64,000 nt of DNA. It comes from Octopus sinensis. Its lineage: Eukaryota. Position 1 is the first letter of the stretch; each line of letters begins with the position of its first letter. Of the stretch, positions 48,115 through 63,259 are shown one piece after another. The stretch lies in assembly GCF_006345805.1 (NCBI RefSeq), contig NC_043022.1, positions 2,852,001-2,916,000 of the forward strand, read 5' to 3'. Position numbers and translations under genes: made by a program. Below the pieces are notes generated by a model. That model saw nothing but the letters and a program-made list of their open reading frames with translations, ran no database searches and had not been told where the DNA came from.

Positions 48115-51100
48115 TTTCATTGCTAACCTGTTATCTTCTTCCGTTGCTAACCTGTTATCTTCTTCCGTTGCTACCCTTTTATCTTCTTTCGTTGCTAACC
48201 TGTTATCTTCATTCATTGCAAACCTGTTATCTACTTTCATTGCTAATCTGTTATCTTTATTCATTGCTAACCTGTTCTCTCTTTCATTGCTAACCTGTTA
48301 TCTTCTTCCGTTGCTAACCTGTTATATTCTTTCATTACTAAATTGTTATCTTCATTCATTGTTAACCTGTTATCTTCTTTCATTGCTAACCTGTTATCTT
48401 TATTCATTGCTAACCTGTTATCTTTATTCATTGCTAATCTGTTATCTTTATTCATTGCTAATCTGTTAGCTTCATTCATTGCTAACCTGCTATCTTCTTT
48501 GATTGCTAACCTGTTATCATTATTCATTGCTAACCTGTTCTCTCTTTCATTGCTAATTTGTTATCTTATTTCATTGCTAACCTATTCTATTCTTTCATTG
48601 CTAACCTGTTCTCTCTTTCATTGCTAATATGTTATCTTTATTCATTGCTAATCTGTTATCTTCATTCATTGCTAACCTGTTATCTTCATTCATTGCTAAC
48701 CTGTTATCTTTATTCATTGCTAACCTGTTCTCTCTTTCATTGCTAACCTGTTATCTTTATTCATTGCTAACCTGTTCTCTCTTTCATTGCTAACCTGTTA
48801 TCTTCATTCATTGCTAAGCTGTTATCTTTATTCATTGCTAATCTGTTATCTTTATTCATTGCTAATCTGTTATCTTCTTTCATTACTAAAATGTTATCTT
48901 CTTTCATTGCAAACCTGTTATCTTCTTTCATTGCTAACCTGTTATCTTCTTTCATTGCTAATCTGTTATTTTTATTCATTGCTAAACTGTTATCTTCATT
49001 CATTGCTAAACTGTTCTCTCTTTCATTGCTAATCTGTTATCTTTATTCATTGCTAATCTGTTATCTTTATTCATGCTAAACTGTTATCTTCTTCATTGCT
49101 AACCTGTTATCTTCTTTCATTGCTAATCTGTTATCTTCATTCATAGCCAACTGTTATCTTTATTCATTGCTAACTGTTCTCTTCATTCATTGCAAATCTG
49201 TTATCTTCATTCATTGCTAACCTGTTCTCTCTTTCATTGCTAATCTGTTATCTTTATTCATTGCAAACCTGTTATCTTCTTCCATTGCTAACCTGTTATC
49301 TTCTTTCATTGCTAATCTGTTATCTTCATTCATTGCTAACATGTTATCTTCTTTCATTGCTAACCTGGTATCTTCTTTCATTGCTAACCTGTTATCTTCT
49401 TTCATTGCTAACCTGTTCTCTCTTTCATTGCTAATCTGTTATCTTCATTCATTGCTAACCTGTTATCTTCTTTCATTGCTAAACTGTTATTTTCTTTCAT
49501 TGCTAACCTGTTATCTTCTTTCATTGCTAACCTGTTATCTTCATTCATTGCTAACCTGTTATCTTCTTTCATTGCTAACCTGTTATCTTTATTCATTGCT
49601 AACCTGTTATCTTCATTCATTGCTAACCTGTTATCTTCATTCATTGCTAACCTGTTATCTTCATTATTGCTAACTGTTCTCTTTCATTGCTAATCTGTTA
49701 TCTTATTCATTGCTAATCTGTTTCTTCTTTCATTGCTAACCTGTTATCTTCTTTCACTGCTAACCTGTTATCTCTTTAATTGCTAATCTGTTGTCTTCAT
49801 TCATTGCTAACCGGTTATATCTTCATTCATTGCTAATCTGTTATCTTCATTCATGCTAACCTGTTATTCATTCATTGCTAACCTGTTCTCCTTTCATTGC
49901 TAATCTGTTATCTTTATTCATTGCTAATATGTTATCTACTTCATTGCTAACCTGTTCTCTCTTTCATTGCTAACCTGTTATCTCATTCATTGCTAACCTG
50001 TTATCTTCATTCATTGCTAGCCTGTTATCTTCATTCATTGCTAACCTGTTATCTCATTCATTGCTAACTGTTATCTTCATTCATTGCTATCCTGTTCTCT
50101 TTCATTGCTAATCTGTTATCTTTATTCATTGCTAATCTGTTATCTTCTTTCATTGCTAACCTGTTCTCTCTTTCATTGCTAATCTGTTATCTTCATTCAT
50201 TGCTAACCTTTTATCTTCATTCATTGCTAACCTGTTATCTTCTTTCATTGCTAACATGTTATCTTTATTCATTGCTAACCGGTTCTCTCCATTCGTTGCT
50301 AACCTTTTCTCTCTTTCATTTTTAATCTGTTATCTTTATTCATTGCTAACCTGTTCTCTTCAATTATTGCTAACCTGTTCTCTCTTTCATTGCTAATCTG
50401 GTATCTTTATTCATTGCTAACCTGTTATCTTCTTTCACTGCTAACCTGTTCTCTCTTTCATTGCTGATCTGTTATCTTCATTCATTGCTAACCTGTTATC
50501 TTCTTTCATTGCTAACCTGTTATCTTCTTTCATTGCTAACCTGTTCTCTCTTTCATTGCTAATCTGTTATCTTCATTCATTGCTAAACTGTTATCTTCTT
50601 TCATTGCTAACCTGTTCTCTCTTTCATTGCTAATCTGTTATCTTTATTCATTGCTAACCTGTTATCTTCATTCATTGCTAAACTGTTATCTTCATTCATT
50701 GCTAACCTGTTATCTTCATTCATTGCTAACCTGTTCTCTCTTTCATTGCTAATCTGTTATCTTCATTCATTGCTAACCTGTTATCTTCTTTCATTGCTAA
50801 CCTGTTCTCTCTTTGATAGCTAATCTGTTATCTTTATTCATTGCTAATCTGTTATCTTTATTCATTGCTAATCTGTTATCTTTTTCATTGCTAACCTGTT
50901 ATCTTCTTTCATTGCTAATCTGTTATCTTCATTCATAGCCAACTGTTATTTTATTCATGCTAACTTGTTCTCTTCATTCATTGCAAATCTGTTATCTTCA
51001 TTCATTGCTAACCTGTTCTCTCTTTCATTGCTAATCTGTTATCTTTATTCATTGCTAATCTGTTATCTTTATTCATTGCAAGCCTGTTATCTTCTTTCAT

Positions 51101-54100
51101 TGCTAACCTGTTATCTTCTTTCATTGCTAACCTGTTATCTTAATTCATTGCTAACCTGTTATCTTTATTCATTGCTAATCTGTTATCTTTATTCATTGCT
51201 AATCTGTTATCTTCTTTCATTACTAAAATGTTATCTTCTTTCATTGCAAACCTGTTATCTTCTTTCATTGCTAACCTATTATCTTCTTTCATTGCTAATC
51301 TGTTATTTTTATTCATTGCTAACTTGTTATCTTCATTCATTGCTAAACTGTTCTCTCTTTCATTGCTAATCTGTTATCTTTATTCATTGCTAATCTGTTA
51401 TCTTTATTCATTGCTAAACTGTTATCTTCTTTCATTGCTAACCTGTTATCTTCTTTCATTGCTAATCTGTTATCTTCATTCATAGCCAACCTGTTATCTT
51501 TATTCATTGCTAACTTGTTCTCTTCATTCATTGCAAATCTGTTATCTTCATTCATTGCTAACCTGTTCTCTCTTTCATTGCTAATCTGTTATCTTTATTC
51601 ATTGCTAATCTGTTATCTTTATTCATTGCAAACCTGGTATCTTCTTCCATTGCTAACCTGTTATCTTCTTTCATTGCTAATCTGTTATCTTCATTCATTG
51701 CTAACCTGTTATCTTCTTTCATTGCTAACCTGTTATCTTCTTTCATTGCTAACCTGTTATCTTCTTTAATTGCTAACCTGTTCTCTCTTTCATTGCTAAT
51801 CTGTTATCTTCATTCATTGCTAACCTGTTATCTTCTTTCATTGCTAAACTGTTATTTTCTTTCATTGCTAACCTGTTATCTTCTTTCATTGCTAACCTGT
51901 TATCTTCATTCATTGCTAACCTGTTATCTTCTTTCATTGCTAACCTGTTATCTTTATTCATTGCTAACCTGTTATCTTCATTCATTGCTAACCTGTTATC
52001 TTCATTCATTGCTAACCTGTTATCTTCATTTATTGCTAACCTGTTCTCTCTTTCATTGCTAATCTGTTCTCTCTTTCATTGCTAACCTGTTATCTTCATT
52101 CATTGCTAACCTGTTATCTTCATTCATTGCTAGCCTGTTATCTTCATTCATTGCTAACCTGTTATCTTCATTCATTGCTAACCTGTTATCTTCATTCATT
52201 GCTATCCTGTTCTCTCTTTCATTGCTAATCTGTTATCTTTATTCATTGCTAATCTGTTATCTTCTTTCATTGCTAACCTGTTCTCTCTTTCATTGCTAAT
52301 CTGTTATCTTCATTCATTGCTAACCTGTTATCTTCATTCATTGCTAACCTGTTATGTTCTCATTGCTAACATGTTATCTTTATTCATTGCTAACGGTTCT
52401 CTCCATTCATTGCTAACCTTTTCTCTCTTTCATTTTTAATCTGTTATCTTTATTCATTGCTAACCTGTTCTCTTCAATTATTGCTAACCTGTTCTCTCTT
52501 TCATTGCTAATCTGGTATCTTTATTCATTGCTAACCTGTTATCTTCTTTCACTGCTAACCTGTTCTCTCTTTCATTGCTGATCTATTATCTTCATTCATT
52601 GCTAACCTGTTATCTTCTTTCATTGCTAACCTGTTATCTTCTTTCATTGCTAACCTGTTCTCTCTTTCATTGCTAATCTGTTATCTTCATTCATTGCTAA
52701 CCTGTTATCTTCTTTCATTGCTAACCTGTTATCTTCTTTCATTGCTAACCTGTTCTCTCTTTCGTTGCTAATCTGTTATCTTTATTCATTGCTAATCTGT
52801 TATCTTCTTTCATTGCTAACCTGTTCTCTCTTTCATTGCTAATCTGTTATCTTCATTCATTGCTAACCTGTTATCTTCATTCATTGCTAACCTGTTATGT
52901 TCTTTCATTGCTAACATGTTATCTTTATTCATTGCTAACCGGTTCTCTCCATTCATTGCTAACCTTTTCTCTCTTTCATTTTTAATCTGTTATCTTTATT
53001 CATTGCTAATCTGTTATCTTCTTTCATTACTAAAATGTTATCTTCTTTCATTGCAAACCTGTTATCTTCTTTCATTGCTAACCTATTATCTTCTTTCATT
53101 GCTAATCTGTTATTTTTATTCATTGCTAACCTGTTATCTTCATTCATTGCTAAACTGTTCTCTCTTTCATTGCTAATCTGTTATCTTTATTCATTGCTAA
53201 TCTGTTATCTTTATTCATTGCTAATCTGTTATCTTCTTTCATTGCTAACCTGTTATCTTCTTTCATTGCTAATCTGTTATCTTCATTCATAGCCAACCTG
53301 TTATCTTTATTCATTGCTAACTTGTTCTCTTCATTCATTGCAAATCTGTTATCTTCATTCATTGCTAACCTGTTCTCTCTTTCATTGCTAATCTGTTATC
53401 TTTATTCATTGCTAATCTGTTATCTTTATTCATTGCAAACCTGTTATCTTCTTTCATTGCTAACCTGTTATCTTCTTTCATTGCTAATCTGTTATCTTCA
53501 TTCATTGCTAACCTGTTATCTTCTTTCATTGCTAACCTGTTATCTTCTTTCATTGCTAACCTGTTATCTTCTTTCATTGCTAACCTGTTCTCTCTTTCAT
53601 TGCTAATCTGTTATCTTCATTCATTGCTAACCTGTTATCTTCTTTCATTGCTAAACTGTTATTTTCTTTCATTGCTAACCTGTTATCTTCTTTCATTGCT
53701 AACCTGTTATCTTCATTCATTGCTAACCTGTTATCTTCTTTCATTGCTAACCTGTTATCTTTATTCATTGCTAACCTGTTATCTTCATTCATTGCTAACC
53801 TGTTATCTTCATTCATTGCTAACCTGTTATCTTCATTTATTGCTAACCTGTTCTCTCTTTCATTGCTAATCTGTTATCTTTATTCATTGCTAATCTGTTA
53901 TCTTCTTTCATTGCTAACCTGTTATCTTCTTTCACTGCTAACCTGTTATCTCTTTAATTGCTAATCTGTTATCTTCATTCATTGCTAACCGGTTATCTTC
54001 ATTCATTGCTAATCTGTTATCTTCATTCATTGCTAACCTGTTATCTTCATTCATTGCTAACCTGTTCTCTCTTTCATTGCTAACCTGTTCTCTCTTTCAT

Positions 54101-57100
54101 TGCTAATCTGTTATCTTTATTCATTGCTAATATGTTATCTACTTTCATTGCTAACCTGTTCTCTCTTTCATTGCTAACCTGTTATCTTCATTCATTGCTA
54201 ACCTGTTATCTTCATTCATTGCTAGCCTGTTATCTTCATTCATTGCTAACCTGTTATCTTCATTCATTGCTAACCTGTTATCTTCATTCATTGCTATCCT
54301 GTTCTCTCTTTCATTGCTAATCTGTTATCTTTATTCATTGCTAATCTGTTATCTTCTTTCATTGCTAACCTGTTCTCTCTTTCATTGCTAATCTGTTATC
54401 TTCATTCATTGCTAACCTGTTATCTTCATTCATTGCTAACCTGTTATGTTCTTTCATTGCTAACATGTTATCTTTATTCATTGCTAACCGGTTCTCTCCA
54501 TTCATTGCTAACCTTTTCTCTCTTTCATTTTTAATCTGTTATCTTTATTCATTGCTAACCTGTTCTCTTCAATTATTGCTAACCTGTTCTCTCTTTCATT
54601 GCTAATCTGGTATCTTTATTCATTGCTAACCTGTTATCTTCTTTCACTGCTAACCTGTTCTCTCTTTCATTGCTGATCTATTATCTTCATCATGGCTAAC
54701 CTGTTATCTCTCTTTCATTGCTAACCTGTTATCTTCTTTCATTGCTAACCTGTTCCTCTCATTGCTAATCTGTTATCTTCATTCATTGCTAACCTGTTAT
54801 CTTCTTTCATTGCTAACCTGTTATCTTCTTTCATGGCTAACCTGTTCTCTTTCATTGCTAATCTGTTATCTTTATTCATTGCTAACCTGTTATCTTCATT
54901 CATTGCTAAACTGTTCTCTCTTTGATTGCTAATCTGTATCTTTATTCATTGCTAATCTGTTATCTTTATTCATTGATATGTTATTCTTTCATTGCTAACC
55001 TGTATCTTCTTTCATTGCTAATCTGTTATCTTCATTCATAGCCAACCTGTTATCTTTATTCGTTGCTAACTTGTTCTCTTCATTCATTGCAAATCTGTTA
55101 TCTTCATTCATTGCTAACCTGTTCTCTCTTTCATTGCTAATCTGTTATCTTTATCATTGCTAATCTGTTATCTTTATTCATTGCAAACCTGTTATCTTCT
55201 TTCATTGCTAACCTGTTATCTTCTTTCATTGCTAACCTGTATCTTAATTCATTGCTAACCTGTTATCTTCTTCATTGCTACCTGTTATCTTCTTTCATTG
55301 CTAACTGTTATCTTCTTTCATTGCTAACCTGTTCTCTTTTCATTGCTAACCTGTTATCTTCTTTCTTGCTAACCTGTTATCTTCATTCATTGCTAAACTG
55401 TTATCTTCTTTCATTGCTAACCTGTTATCTTATTCAATGCTAACCTTATCTTGATTCATGCTAACCTGTTTATCTTCATTCATTGCTAACCTGTTATCTT
55501 CATTTATTGCTAACCTGTTCTCTCTTTCATTGCTAATCTGTTATCTTATTCATTGCTAATCTGTATCTTCTTTCATTGCTAACCTGTATCTTCTTTCACT
55601 GCTAACCTGTTATCTCTTAATTGCTAATCTGTTATCTTCATTCATTGCTAACCGGTTATCTTCATTCATTGCTAACCGGTTATCTTCATTCATTGCTAAT
55701 CTGTTATCTTCATTCATTGCTAACCTGTTATCTTCATTCATTGCTAACCTGTTCTCTCTTTCATTGCTAATCTGTTATCTTCATTCATTGCTAACCTGTT
55801 ATCTTCATTCATTGCTAGCCTGTTATCTTCATTCATTGCTAACCTGTTATCTTCATTCATTGCAAACCTGCTATCTTCTTTGATTGCTAACCTGTTATCT
55901 TTATTCATTGCTAACCTGTTCTCTCTTTCATTGCTAATTTGTTATCTTATTTCAATGCTAACCTATTCTATTCTTTCAATGCTAACCTGTTCTATCTTTC
56001 ATTGCTAATCTATTATCTTTATTCATTGCTAATCTGTTATCTTCATTCATTGCAAACCTGTTATCTTCTTTCATTGCTAACCTGTTATCTTTATTCATTG
56101 CTAACCTGTTATCTTAATTCATTGCTAATCTGTTATCTTTATTCATTGCTAATCTGTTATCTTCATTCATTGCTAACCTGCTATCTTCTTTGATTGCTAA
56201 CCTGTTATCTTTATTCATTGCTAACCTGTTCTCTCTTTCATTGCTAATTTGTTATCTTATTTCAATGCTAACCTATTCTATTCTTTCAATGCTAACCTGT
56301 TCTATCTTTCATTGCTAATATGTTATCTTTATTCATTGCTAATCTGTTATCTTCATTCATTGCTAACTTGTTATCTTCATTCATTGCTAACCTGTTATCT
56401 TTATTCATCGCTAACCTGTTCTCTCTTTCATTGCTAACCTGTTATCTTTATTCATTGCTAGCCTGTTCTCTCTTTCATTGCTAACCTGTTATCTTCATTC
56501 ATTGCTAAGCTGTTATCTTTATTCATTGCTCATCTGTTATCTTTATTCATTGCTAATCTGTTATCTTCTTTCATTAATAAAATGTTATCTTCTTTCATTG
56601 CAAACCTGTTATCTTCTTTCATTGCTAACCTGTTATCTTCTTTCATTGCTAATCTGTTATTTTTATTCATTGCTAACCTGTTATCTTCATTCATTGCTAA
56701 CCTGTTCTCTCTTTCATTGCTACTCTGTTATCTTTATTCATTGCTAATCTGTTATCTTTATTCATTGCTAATCTGTTATCTTCTTTCATTGCTAACCTGT
56801 TATCTTCTTTCATTGCTAATCTGTTATCTTCATTCATAGCCAACCTGTTATCTTTATTCATTGCTAACTTGTTCTCTTCATTCATTGCAAATCTGTTATC
56901 TTCATTCATTGCTAACCTGTTCTCTCTTTCATTGCTAATATGTTATCTTTATTCATTGCTCATCTGTTATCTTTATTCATTGCAAACCTGTTATCTTCTT
57001 TCATTGCTAACCTGTTATCTTCTTTCATTGCTAACCTGTTATCTTCTTTCCTTGCTAACCTGTTCTCTCTTTCATTGCTAATCTGTTATCTTCATTCATT

Positions 57101-58626
57101 GCTAACCTGTTATCTTCTTTCATTGCTAACCTGTTATTTTCTTTCATTGCTAACCTGTTATCTTCTTTCATTGCTAACCTGTTATCTTCATTCATTGCTA
57201 ACCTGTTATCTTCTTTCATTGCTAACCTGTTACCTTTATTCATTGCTAACCTGTTATCTTCATTCATTGCTAACCTGTTATCTTCATTCATTGCTAACCT
57301 GTTATCTTCATTTATTGCTAACCTGTTCTCTCTTTCATTGCTAATCTGTTATCTTTATTCATTGCTAATCTGTTATCTTCTTTCATTGCTAACCTGATAT
57401 CTTCTTTCACTGCTAACCTGTTATCTCTTTAATTGCTAATCTGTTATCTTCATTCATTGATAACCGATTATCTTCATTCATTGCTAATCTGTTAGCTTCA
57501 TTCATTGCTAACCTGTTATCTTCATTCATTGCTAATCTGTTCTCCCTTTCATTGCTAATCTGTTATCTTTTTTCATTGCTAATCTGTTATCTTCTTTCAT
57601 TGCTAACCTGTTCTCTCTTTCATTGCTAATCTGTTATCTTCATTCATTGCTAACCTGTTATCTTCTTTCATTGCTAACCTGTTATCTTTATTCATTGCTA
57701 ACCTGTTATCTTCATTCATTGCTAATCTGTTATCTTCATTCATTGCTAATCTGTTATCTTCATTCATTGCTAACCTGTTATCTTTATTCATTGCTAACCT
57801 GTTCTCTTCATTCATTGCTAACCTGTTCTCTCTTTCATTGCTATTCTGTTATCTTTATTCATTGCTAATATGTTATCTTCTTTCATTGCTAACCTGTTCT
57901 CTCTTTCATTGCTAACCTGTTATCTTCTTTCATTGCTAACATGTTATCTTCATTCATTGCTAACCGGTTCTCTCCATTCATTGCTAACCTTTTCTCTCTT
58001 TCATTGCTAATCTGTTATCTTTATTCATTGCTAACCTGTTATCTTCATTCACTGCTAACCTGTTCTCTCTTTCATTGCCAACCTGTTATCTTTATTCATT
58101 GCTAACCTGTTATCTTTATTCATTGCTAACCTGTTCTCTTCATTCATTGCTAACCTGTTCTCTCTTTCATTGCTAATCTGGTATCTTCATTCATTGCTAA
58201 CCTGTTATCTTCTTTCATTGCTAACCTGTTATCTTCTTTCATTGCTAACCTGTTATCTTCATTCATTGCTTACCTGTTCTCTCTTTCATTGCTAATCTGT
58301 TATCTTCATTCATTGCTAACCTGTTCCCTCTTTCATTGCTAATCTGTTATCTTCTTTCATTGCTAATCTGTTATCTTCATTCATTGCTAACCTGTTCTCT
58401 TCATTCATTGCTAACCTGTTCTCTTCATTCATTGCTTATCTGTTCCCTCTTTCATTGCTAATGTGTTATCTTTATTCATTGTTTATCTGTTATCTTCTTT
58501 CATTGCTAACCTGGTCTTTCTTTCATTGCTAACCTGTTCTCTTCTTTCATTGCTAATCTGTTATCTTCTTTCATTGCTAATCTGTTATCTTCTTTCATTG
58601 CTAACCTGTGTTCTGCTTTCATTGCT
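48115..58626. repeat. Satellite DNA, 24-bp monomer (CATTGCTAACCTGTTATCTTCTTT) with a 23-bp variant, ~10.5 kb
   Basis: Direct inspection; roughly 440 monomers by length. Confidence 0.97.
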
Positions 58627-58631
58627 ATATA

Positions 58632-58674
<43 letters not shown>

Positions 58675-58895
58675 GTATATGTGTATGTATTTTGTATATG
58701 TATTTGAGGAAAAAGGACAACAAAACCAAGGCAGGATGTGTATCCCTTTTCCTAACTCGGAACCCTACTATGGATGCCTAGCTCCAGCCTCAGCTGTGAA
58801 GCTTGGAACCTAAAGGATGATGACCAATTATAGCACTTACACAACCTACCTATTCATTTAATCACCAGTGAACTAAAACCCTCATTTCTTATATA

Positions 58896-58926
<31 letters not shown>

Positions 58927-59060
58927 GATATATCTATAATATATTATATATACTATATATAATATTAATTAGAGACAAAACCACTATTTTGCAAATCAAA
59001 TAAAGAAAGACTTAATCCAATACATAAAAAATTTATATAAATTAAATAAAATTAAGTTAT

Positions 59061-59105
59061 CCACTACATTGTTTCTTGTCACTTCTAAGGACATTCATCA
59101 GGTGG
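59061..59105 (-). ncRNA. Minimal type-I hammerhead motif (left arm)
   Basis: CCAC-CTGATGA-A-TGTC(CTTAGAAGT)GACA-A-GAAA-CA(A)TG-TA-GTGG. Confidence 0.65.
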
Positions 59106-59152
59106 TTTTCAGACCTTCTATTCAATTTTAAAATTGAATAGAAGGTCTGAAA

Positions 59153-59198
59153 CCACCTGATGAATGTCCTTAGAATTGACAAGAAACAATTGTAGTGG
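59153..59198 (+). ncRNA. Minimal type-I hammerhead motif (right arm)
   Basis: CCAC-CTGATGA-A-TGTC(CTTAGAATT)GACA-A-GAAA-CA(AT)TG-TA-GTGG: stem I CCAC/GTGG, palindromic stem III, GUA cleavage triplet; A-A apposition at the base of stem II. Confidence 0.65.
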
Positions 59199-59379
59199 AT
59201 AAACTTAATTTTATTTAATTTATATAAATTTTTATATATTGGATTAAGTCTTCTTTATTTGATTTGCATAATAGTGGTTTTGTCTCTAATTAATATTATA
59301 TAATATTTTACTATAAAATTGGATTCAATCCTAAATCCGATTTCTTGTAAATTTGGATTTATTCCCTAATTATTATTAT

Positions 59380-59381
59380 AC

Positions 59382-59449
<68 letters not shown>

Positions 59450-59813
59450 GATAGATATATGTATATATGTATATATATATATATATGCTATGTATATATG
59501 TATATTATATATATGTATATATATATGTATATTATTATATGTATATATAATGTATATATGATATATATGTATATATGTATATATATATGTAATATATATA
59601 TATATGTATATATATATGTATTATAGTATATATGTATATATGTATATATATATGTATATATATATATATATGTATATATAATAATGTATATATGTATATA
59701 TATATGTATATATGTATATATATATGTATATATGTTATATATATGTATATATATATGTATATATATATATATATGTAGTATGATATATATATGTATATAT
59801 ATATATAGTCTAT

Positions 59814-59862
<49 letters not shown>

Positions 59863-60393
59863 ATATATTGTATATATATATATATATATGTATATTGTAT
59901 ATATATATGTATATATATGTATATATATATATATGTATATATATATGTATATATATATGTATATATAATCTATATGTATATATATATGTATATATATGTA
60001 TATATATATATGTATATATATATGTATATATATGTATATGAATATATTATATATGTATATATATATATGTATAATATTATGTATATATATAATATGTATA
60101 TATATATATATGTATATATATATGTAATATATATATAATGAATATATTATATATGTATTATAATATATATGTATATATATATGTAATATATGTATATATA
60201 TGTATAATATAGTATATATATGTATGATATATATATGTATATATATGTATATATGTATATATGTATATATGTATATAAATGTATAATATGTATATATGTA
60301 TATATTATGATATATATGTATATATATGTATATATATGTATAATATGTATATATATGTAATATATATTGTATATATATGTATATATATATGTT

Positions 60394-60430
<37 letters not shown>

Positions 60431-60533
60431 GTATATTATATATATTGTATATATATATATGTATATAATATATGTATATATATATATGTATATATATATG
60501 TATATATATATATGTATATATATATATAATATG

Positions 60534-60564
<31 letters not shown>

Positions 60565-61172
60565 GTGTATATAAATATGTGTATATATTATATATGTATA
60601 TATAATATATATGTATATATGTGTATATATGTATATGTATATATGTATATGTATATATGCAATGTATATGTATATGTATATATGTATATGTATATGATAT
60701 GTATATGTGTATATGTGTATCTGTATATATGTATATGTATATATGTATATGTGTATATGTATCTATGTATATGTAATATATGTATATATGTATATTGTAT
60801 ATATGTATAGGTATATATGTTTGTATATGTAGATATGTATATATTGTATATATGTATATGTATATATGTATATGTATATAGTATATATGTATATGTATAT
60901 ATGTATATAGGTATATGTATATGTATATATGTGTATATGGTATATATGTATATGTATTATGTATAATATGTATATGTATATATGTATATGTATATATGTA
61001 TTATGTATATAGTGGTATATGTATATATATATCTGTATACATATGTATATATATTGTATATATGTATATGTATATATGTATATGTATATATGTATATGTT
61101 ATATGTATATGTATATAGGTATATGTATATGTATATGTGGTATATGTATATGTGTATATGTATAGGATATGT

Positions 61173-61204
<32 letters not shown>

Positions 61205-61640
61205 GTATATGTATATGTGTATATGTATATGTGTATATGTATATGTGTATAGGGATATATGTATATATGTTATGTATATATGTATATGTTATATGTATAT
61301 ATATATATGTATATATATGTATTGTATCTATATGTATATATATATGTATATATGGTATATATGTATATATGTATATATGTATATATGTATACGTATATAT
61401 GTATATATGTATATATATATGTATATATATATCTATATTATATATATGTATATATGTAGTTATATATATATATGTATATATAGTGTATTATATATGTATA
61501 TAATATGTATATATATGTGTATATATATATATGATATATATATAGTATTATAGATGTGTAATATATATAGGTATATATATATATATATATGTATATATAT
61601 GTGTATATATAATATGTATATATATATGTATATATATGTG

Positions 61641-61671
<31 letters not shown>

Positions 61672-61990
61672 GTATATATATATGTATATATATGTGTATA
61701 TATATATGTATATATATATATATATAGTATATATATATGTATATATAGTGTATATATATATATATATATATGTATATATTGTATATATATATGGTGTATA
61801 TATATATATATATGGATATATATGTGTATATATATATGTGTATATGTATATATATATGATATATAGTGGTATATATATATATGTGTATATATATATATGT
61901 ATATATATATTGTGATATAATATATATGTATATATATATGTGTATATATATATATGTATATATATGTGTATATATATATATGTATATATG

Positions 61991-62021
<31 letters not shown>

Positions 62022-62757
62022 GTATAATATATGATGTATATATATATATATATGTATAATATATATGTATATAATATATATATGTATATATATATGTATA
62101 TATATATATATGTTTATATATATGTATATATATATATATATATATGTATATAATATGTATATATATATATATAGTGTATATATATATATAATATATATGT
62201 GTATATATATATATGTATATATATGTGTATATATATATGTGTATATATATATATGTTATATATGTGTATATATATATGTATATATATATGTGTGTATATA
62301 TATATATGTGTATATATATATGTATATATATATATGTGTATATATATATGTATATATATATATGTGTATATATATATGGTATATATATATGTATATATAT
62401 ATATATGTGTATATATATATATATGTGTGTATATATATATGTGTATATATATATGTATATATTATATGTTGTATATCTATATATGTATATATATATATGT
62501 GTATATATATATATGTGTATATATATATGTATATATATATATGTATATATATATATGTATATATATATATGTATATATATATGTATATATATATATGATA
62601 TATATATATGTTATATATATAGTATATATATATATGTATATACTATATGTATATATATATATGTTATATATATATGTATTATATATATATGTTATATATA
62701 TGTATATATATAATTGTACGTATATATATGTACGTATATATATATGTATATATTATG

Positions 62758-62792
<35 letters not shown>

Positions 62793-62819
62793 GTAGTACT
62801 ATATATGCATATATATATG

Positions 62820-62856
<37 letters not shown>

Positions 62857-63149
62857 GTATGCATATATATATGTATATATATATGTATATATATATGTAA
62901 TATATATGTATATATATGTGTATATATATATGTGTGTATATATATATGTAATATATATATATATGTGGTGTGTATATATATGTTGTTGATGTATATATAT
63001 GTATATGTATATATATATATGTGTATATATATGTGTGTATATATATATATGTGTGTATATATATATATGTGTATATATGTATAGATATATGTATATCATC
63101 ATCATCATCATCATTTAGCGTCCGTTTGATGATGATGATGATGATATAC

Positions 63150-63180
<31 letters not shown>

Positions 63181-63245
63181 CATATATATATATATGTGTA
63201 TATATATATGTAAATATATATATGTATGTATATATATATATATAT
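59380..63245. repeat. ~3.9-kb TA/TATG compound microsatellite
   Basis: Direct inspection. Confidence 0.95.
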
Positions 63246-63259
63246 GGATCAAAACAGTT

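Larger units (their letters stand above)
58956..59302. repeat. ~347-bp near-perfect spacerless palindrome
   Basis: Centre TTCAATTTT|AAAATTGAA at 59129/59130; ~174-bp arms with a handful of mismatches. Confidence 0.92.

Noticed and set aside
48054-57868. MKEDNRLA and LLTCYL repeat ORFs
   Set aside because: Products of a 24-bp (divisible by 3) satellite, broken at every 23-bp variant; no unique coding sequence
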